Part shown: positions 59,218-64,000 of the stretch, piece by piece
How the letters are laid out: each line of letters begins with the position of its first letter
Position numbering within the stretch: position 1 is the first letter of the stretch
Source of the DNA: an archaeon CG10_big_fil_rev_8_21_14_0_10_43_11
GTDB lineage: Archaea > Nanobdellota > Nanobdellia > PEZQ01
DNA length: 64,000 nt
Assembly: GCA_002763265.1 (NCBI GenBank)
Contig: PEZQ01000003.1
Span: 19,761-83,760, forward strand
Direction of reading: 5' to 3'
The notes under the pieces: model-generated
The model's input: the letters and a program-made list of their open reading frames with translations, nothing else
What the model was told of the DNA's origin: nothing
The model's database searches: none
Program-made: the position numbers and the translations under genes

Positions 59218-59865
59218 TTACCTGCGTTTTTTTGCGGTTTTTGAGCAGATATAGTATGCATACCACAGAGGAATGCCCACAACAACTAACCAGATGATAA
59301 ACGTGTATGATGGATGAAACATACTGCTTGCAATCCAGTGCGGGTTAGTCCAATCAGTAACCGTTCCAATAATGGCAAGCACAACCAAGCCAACACCAAC
59401 CAGCACGGTTCGCACACGCGTGGCTTTTTGCGCCCAACTTGCAATCCACAAAAGAGTCATACCACCCCACCCAAATGAAGCGGTAACAATAAGCGGCGCA
59501 GGAAATAAAGAAGGCACGCTAAAGCGCCAAAAACCAGGAAGCACGCCCCCATTCTCAACAATAAATGAGACAATAAACGTTAACACACCCACTTTCCACA
59601 CGTGGCGTATTAACACACGAGGCGGTGCTAATAGTATGAATGTGATAAACGGTGCAAGAAAGGTTGCACCATATAATGTGCTATAATACACAAGTGCGCT
59701 ACTGCGTGTTGGATTAAACATGAGATACGCGTGCAAGAACCACACGGTAATTATTATTACTGCTGATAACAATAATGAAAGCACGCGTGCACGGGGCGTT
59801 GAAATGCGGGCGTACACTCGCGTTACAAAAATATGTTCTCCCACAAATAACACATGAACGGGCAT
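59218..59865 (-). CDS. Hypothetical membrane protein
   Basis: About 6 TMs. Start uncertain. Confidence 0.6.
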   Translation of the reverse strand: MPVHVLFVGEHIFVTRVYARISTPRARVLSLLLSAVIIITVWFLHAYLMFNPTRSSALVYYSTLYGATFLAPFITFILLAPPRVLIRHVWKVGVLTFIVSFIVENGGVLPGFWRFSVPSLFPAPLIVTASFGWGGMTLLWIASWAQKATRVRTVLVGVGLVVLAIIGTVTDWTNPHWIASSMFHPSYTFIIWLVVVGIPLWYAYYICSKTAKKRR

Positions 59866-60035
59866 ACTTTATAACGTTGCTTGAAAGACTCGAAAATGAG
59901 CATCCGCTCAATTGTTTTGTTCATGCTGACAAGGCAGAATACAGCCGCGTAAAACTTACTAGCAGAAGAATTGGCACAACCAATAATTCTCACCCAAAAC
60001 GTTTTTAAAGAACACAGCAATTAGTTTCGAGAGTA

Positions 60036-60452
60036 ATGGTAACCTGGCAAGGTAAGTCAAAACGAAAACCAAGCGGCGGAAAGCTTCGCACCTGGCGCAA
60101 GAAACGCAAGTTCGAAATGGGACGTGACGCAGCGCTCACCAAAATCGGCGAGATAAAACAAAAGCTTATTCGCGTGCGCGGCGGCAACAACAAACGCAGG
60201 GCTTTAAGCCTGCCCGAAGTCATGTTCTATGATGCTAAGACTAAAAAAATGCAAAAAGCAAAAATGATTAACGTGGAGCAGAATCTTGCAAACCGCCACT
60301 ACAAACGAGCAAACATTATCACCAAAGGTGCGATTGTCAACACTGATAAAGGCATTATCAAAATCACAAACAGACCGGGACAAGAAGGCATTGCCCAAGG
60401 CGTTAAAATCGAGTTTGAAGTTGCTCAAAAAACGCGCTCAAAAAAGGGGTAA
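60036..60452 (+). CDS. rps8e: 30S ribosomal protein S8e
   Basis: RKPSGG, RVRGGN, IITKG, RPGQEG. Confidence 0.97.
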   Translation: MVTWQGKSKRKPSGGKLRTWRKKRKFEMGRDAALTKIGEIKQKLIRVRGGNNKRRALSLPEVMFYDAKTKKMQKAKMINVEQNLANRHYKRANIITKGAIVNTDKGIIKITNRPGQEGIAQGVKIEFEVAQKTRSKKG

Positions 60453-60541
60453 ACGCGTATTTTAAGCATTTTTAAGAGAAATTCCCGAACCGAAATGTTT
60501 AAAAATGATAAGCGGGAAACATTTATAAATTAAGTTTATGC

Positions 60542-61486
60542 GTGGTGCAAAGTATAATGCAAAGCGATGAATGTCCTGATTGTGGTGGAAAGCTCATCTC
60601 AGACGATGTCCGGGGTGAAGTAACCTGTGCAAAGTGCGGTATGGTCGTTGACAAGAATATTCTTGACTATGGTCAGGAGTGGCGTGAATTCAACTGGGAC
60701 CAATCGCAAAACCGCAGACGAAGCGGAACACCCTCAAGCTTTACTAAATCAGATAAGGGTATGACCACTGAAATTGGTAAAACCTCAGATATTTATTCTC
60801 TTTCAAGTGATAAACGAAAACAATTCTTTATCATGCGAAAATGGCAACGACGCATTTCAACACCTATTGAGCGTAACATCAAATTTGCACTCACTGAACT
60901 GCGTCGCGTTTCAGCGCAACTCAATCTGCCAAACATTATTACTGAAGAATCAGCACGACTCTACCGCATTGCTGCAGAAAACGGTCTTGTAAGAGGCCGT
61001 TCAATGGAAAGCGTTGTTGCTGGAGCAACCTACATTGCGTGCAAGAAATATAATGTTCCTCGAACTCTTAAAGAAATTGCAGATGTATTTCCTCTTGATA
61101 TTAAAGATGTTGGAAAAACATACCGGTTCATTTGCCGGCAACTTGGCATCAAAATCCTGCCACCAAACCCGCTTGACTACGTGCACCGATTTGCAAACGA
61201 CTTGGAACTTCCCGCAGAAGTGCAGACCAAAGCAATTGAAATAATCATGGACGCGCAGCACAAAGAAATCACCAGCGGAAAAGGTCCAACAGGCATTGCA
61301 GCAGCAGCACTCTACATTGCGTCACTTATTGTTGATGAGAAAAGAACCCAGCGCGAAGTTGCAGATATTGCTGGCGTGACTGAGGTTACGATTCGAAATC
61401 GCTACAAAGAGCTTATCAAGAAATTGAACCTTGAAGAGAAGGTCGATAAGCTCCACGCTCTTGAACTTAAAGAGGAAGCAGTATAA
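60542..61486 (+). CDS. tfb: Transcription initiation factor TFB
   Basis: CPDC..C..CG Zn ribbon, EWR.F, two cyclin repeats, VTEVTIRNRYKEL. Alternative ATG at 60557. Confidence 0.98.
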   Translation: MVQSIMQSDECPDCGGKLISDDVRGEVTCAKCGMVVDKNILDYGQEWREFNWDQSQNRRRSGTPSSFTKSDKGMTTEIGKTSDIYSLSSDKRKQFFIMRKWQRRISTPIERNIKFALTELRRVSAQLNLPNIITEESARLYRIAAENGLVRGRSMESVVAGATYIACKKYNVPRTLKEIADVFPLDIKDVGKTYRFICRQLGIKILPPNPLDYVHRFANDLELPAEVQTKAIEIIMDAQHKEITSGKGPTGIAAAALYIASLIVDEKRTQREVADIAGVTEVTIRNRYKELIKKLNLEEKVDKLHALELKEEAV

Positions 61487-61505
61487 GTTTCTTTTTTCCC
61501 TTTTT

Positions 61506-62594
61506 TTATGTTCTCAATGCTTTTTTAATATCAGCAACGCATGCGTTTGTTCGGATACCTTGGGGAGAAAAATGTGTTTTTGACGCGCGAAAACCTTTTT
61601 TTTCAAGCTGTGCAATTAACACATCCCGTTTTTTGTTCTTTCCTGTTTTTGAAAACAGATTTGGCAAATGATAAAACCCTGCTGTTTTGATTTGAGCGTC
61701 ACGTTCAATAGCGTTCCACAATGCAGTCTTGTTCGGGCTCTCAAACGGCGCGTTCTTAAAATATGCCATGAGCGTGTCATCCCAGAGCGGTCCAAGCCAG
61801 AGTGGACCCATAACCGTGCCATATGCTTTTTTTCCAGGAATATATACCCCGCGCTCAAGAGTTTTGAAATTGTGCTGGAAGTATCCAATCTGGGAAAGAA
61901 GCTCGTTAGAGCGCGTGGCGCCTTGGCGCGCTCCAAAATACACGCGCATATAATCCCTACGTGCATACGAGAAGAGAGGGGTAAGTGCAATATCATACTT
62001 TGCAGCAGCAAGAATCACGCTCTTGATAAGTATGCGCACGCCAAGCTCATGACAATACGCAGTCTTTAGTGGAATAGACGCGTACTTTCTCATACACGCT
62101 TTTGGATACGAGCCGCATAAGGCAGAGGAATCAGTTGCTGTTATGGCAAGCACACCATTTTTTTTGCGAAGCTTTAAAAGAGCTGATTCAAGAAAGGGCA
62201 TGGGCGTTCCAAACGGGTCAATATCAATATAATCAAATGAGCCGCGATAGTTTTTTAAAAATCGATTTGCATCATCATTGTGCACCTCAACTGAGACCTT
62301 ATTTTTCTTCGCGTTTTCTTTTATAAGCGCGCACGCATCAGGATTGATGTCATTGAGCGTCATTACCATGCCCCTTTCTTTTGCAAGGCGAATCCCGCGA
62401 ACTCCGCTTGCAGCAAGCAGTTCAAGACCGGTCTTAACCTCAAATGCGTCAGTGAAGTAGCGCATGAGCATGACATTAAGGTCGCGGTCAATTGCTTTAT
62501 CGGGATTATAAAATACATCAAGCTTTTTTGAAATCGTGCCGCTAAATGCATGAAATTCTGCTTTGCCTTCTTTGAATGTTGTTTTTGTACTCAT
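61506..62594 (-). CDS. trm1: tRNA (guanine-26-N2)-dimethyltransferase
   Basis: VFYNP, ASGVRGIR, IDIDPFGTP, TATD, GPLWLG. Confidence 0.96.
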   Translation of the reverse strand: MSTKTTFKEGKAEFHAFSGTISKKLDVFYNPDKAIDRDLNVMLMRYFTDAFEVKTGLELLAASGVRGIRLAKERGMVMTLNDINPDACALIKENAKKNKVSVEVHNDDANRFLKNYRGSFDYIDIDPFGTPMPFLESALLKLRKKNGVLAITATDSSALCGSYPKACMRKYASIPLKTAYCHELGVRILIKSVILAAAKYDIALTPLFSYARRDYMRVYFGARQGATRSNELLSQIGYFQHNFKTLERGVYIPGKKAYGTVMGPLWLGPLWDDTLMAYFKNAPFESPNKTALWNAIERDAQIKTAGFYHLPNLFSKTGKNKKRDVLIAQLEKKGFRASKTHFSPQGIRTNACVADIKKALRT

Positions 62595-62669
62595 AGGTTA
62601 CTCAAGAGCGCAACGCATAGCAATAAAAAGCTTATTAATTACAACAGCTCCAAGAATGCAGTAGAAACC

Positions 62670-62957
62670 ATGAATAATTCAGTCAAAAAAATAGCAAAAA
62701 AACGCATGCACACCCTGCTTGAACTCGCGCGCGAAGATGAAAAACATGCAAAGCGCTATATTGAACTTGCAGAAAAAATTGGCATGAAAGCACGAGAGAG
62801 CATGCCAAAAGAACTTAAGCTCACCTATTGCAAGACCTGCAAAACGCCGTACTCCTCAAAAACGGTTCGCATCAGAATCAATAACAAAAAACTCACCTAC
62901 CACTGCTTGCTTTGCGACACCACAAAACGCATCCCGCTCACACCAAAAAAAGAGTGA
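62670..62957 (+). CDS. rnp4: RNase P protein component 4 (Rpp21)
   Basis: IA..R...L, RY, CK.C, C..C...R.P. Confidence 0.88.
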   Translation: MNNSVKKIAKKRMHTLLELAREDEKHAKRYIELAEKIGMKARESMPKELKLTYCKTCKTPYSSKTVRIRINNKKLTYHCLLCDTTKRIPLTPKKE

Positions 62958-63045
62958 TACCACACCAGCCCTCTTTGCTGAAATTTTGCAGTTAGATTCT
63001 TATCATGAAAACCTTTATAAAACCCTTGTAGTTTGTAATGTTCGC

Positions 63046-63477
63046 ATGGTAAGCACGTTTGACGTACACCCCACAAGGCTCATTGTAGAAGTGTCAGCTG
63101 CACTAAAAAACGTTGATGCAGTCAAAGCACCAGAAACCGTGCGCTTTGTTAAAAGCGGTGCACACGCACAAAGACCACCAGCACATCCTGACTTCTGGTT
63201 TATTCGCGCAGCATCAGTGCTTAGAACCATCTACAAGGATGGACCCGTTGGCGTATCAAAACTGCGAACCAAATATGGCGGGCGAAAAAATATGGGTGTT
63301 CGCCCAGAAAAGTTCAAGAAAGGCGGAGGCGCAATTATCCGACGTATCCTTGTGCAACTTGAACAAGCAGGACTAGTTAAAAAAGAAGTAAAAGGCAGAG
63401 TCATTACACCTGCTGGCGCGTCATTACTTGATAAGAGTGCAGCAAAACTTGCACGAACACAAAAACCCGCACAATAA
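63046..63477 (+). CDS. rps19e: 30S ribosomal protein S19e
   Basis: VKSG, W..RAASVLR, YGG, LEQAG. Confidence 0.97.
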   Translation: MVSTFDVHPTRLIVEVSAALKNVDAVKAPETVRFVKSGAHAQRPPAHPDFWFIRAASVLRTIYKDGPVGVSKLRTKYGGRKNMGVRPEKFKKGGGAIIRRILVQLEQAGLVKKEVKGRVITPAGASLLDKSAAKLARTQKPAQ

Positions 63478-63485
63478 CAAGAACC

Positions 63486-63773
63486 ATGGATTTAGAAGAA
63501 ATTCGCAAAAAAAAGCTTCAAAGCCTCAAAGAACAGGCAGAACATGAAGAAGCACGAAAAAATGTTCTCGCACAAACCCTCACCCCACAAGCCCGAGAAC
63601 GACTTAATACCGTGCGCATAGCGCACCCCGAACTCGCACAAACAGTTGAACTCACACTCATCCAAGCCCTTCAATCAGGGCAATTCGCAAAACGCGTTGA
63701 TGACGAAACACTCAAAGAATTACTCACCGCGCTTAAACCAAAAAAACGAGACTTCATCATACGAAGAAAATAG
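63486..63773 (+). CDS. PDCD5-family DNA-binding protein
   Basis: LTPQARERL..V...PE.A and canonical position after rps19e. Confidence 0.93.
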   Translation: MDLEEIRKKKLQSLKEQAEHEEARKNVLAQTLTPQARERLNTVRIAHPELAQTVELTLIQALQSGQFAKRVDDETLKELLTALKPKKRDFIIRRK

Positions 63774-63781
63774 GAGCAACA

Positions 63782-63955
63782 ATGGCAAGCAATAAAGTAC
63801 CCGCAAAAAAGAAACGACTCGCAAAAGCAACGAATAGTAATGTTGCCGCACCGTTTTGGGCAGTAATCAGAAAGCTTGGCAAGCGAAGAACGCACCGCTG
63901 GAGACTCAACCAACACATGCGAAGACACTGGAGAAGAAACAGCCTCAAAGTGTGA
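63782..63955 (+). CDS. rpl39e: 50S ribosomal protein L39e
   Basis: Own translation: MASNK..KKKRLAKA...P.W...RRHWRR..LKV. Missed by the ORF track. Confidence 0.93.
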   Translation: MASNKVPAKKKRLAKATNSNVAAPFWAVIRKLGKRRTHRWRLNQHMRRHWRRNSLKV

Positions 63956-63961
63956 TTGACA

Positions 63962-64000
63962 ATGGAAAAACGAATTCATATTATTCCCTTACGAAAAAAA
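63962..64000 (+). CDS. rpl31e: 50S ribosomal protein L31e (5' end, runs off window)
   Basis: MEKRIHIIPLRKK directly after rpl39e, in the conserved order. Confidence 0.8.
   Translation, partial: MEKRIHIIPLRKK

Noticed and set aside
259..63979. Numerous 60-160 aa antisense or off-frame ORFs in the track
   Set aside because: They lie within well-supported genes and show no motifs, so they are shadow ORFs.

Overview
This 64 kb window is a gene-dense archaeal chromosome segment. It carries rpl21e, rpl31e, rpl35ae, rpl39e, rps8e, rps17e, rps19e, tfb, rpo4, albA, srp54, ABCE1, trm1 and rnp4. Compact spacing, TATA boxes about 28-32 nt upstream of many start codons, patchy metabolism and many ORFans suggest a DPANN-type (Woesearchaeales-like) organism, which is an inference. 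It also holds tRNA-Gln(CTG), tRNA-Gly(CCC) and a stand-alone 5S rRNA. I saw no CRISPR array, integrase or IS. The top candidate for an undescribed system is a 669-aa ORF (31365-33374). Its N-terminal half has proteasome beta-subunit catalytic residues in exact T1/D17/K33/G47 register, and its C-terminal half aligns by eye to a proteasome alpha subunit, so it looks like a single-chain beta-alpha fusion. It sits 3 bp from a large all-helical ORFan. Other leads are a candidate ~100-nt sRNA with a C(UUCG)G hairpin, a cluster of an insertion-bearing metal TIM barrel and two nucleotidyltransferase-HEPN-like paralogs, a mosaic scar with a C5 DNA methyltransferase remnant, apparent GATC depletion, and several small genes or frameshifts missed by the ORF track. 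All family calls come from visual motif recognition. No searches were run.
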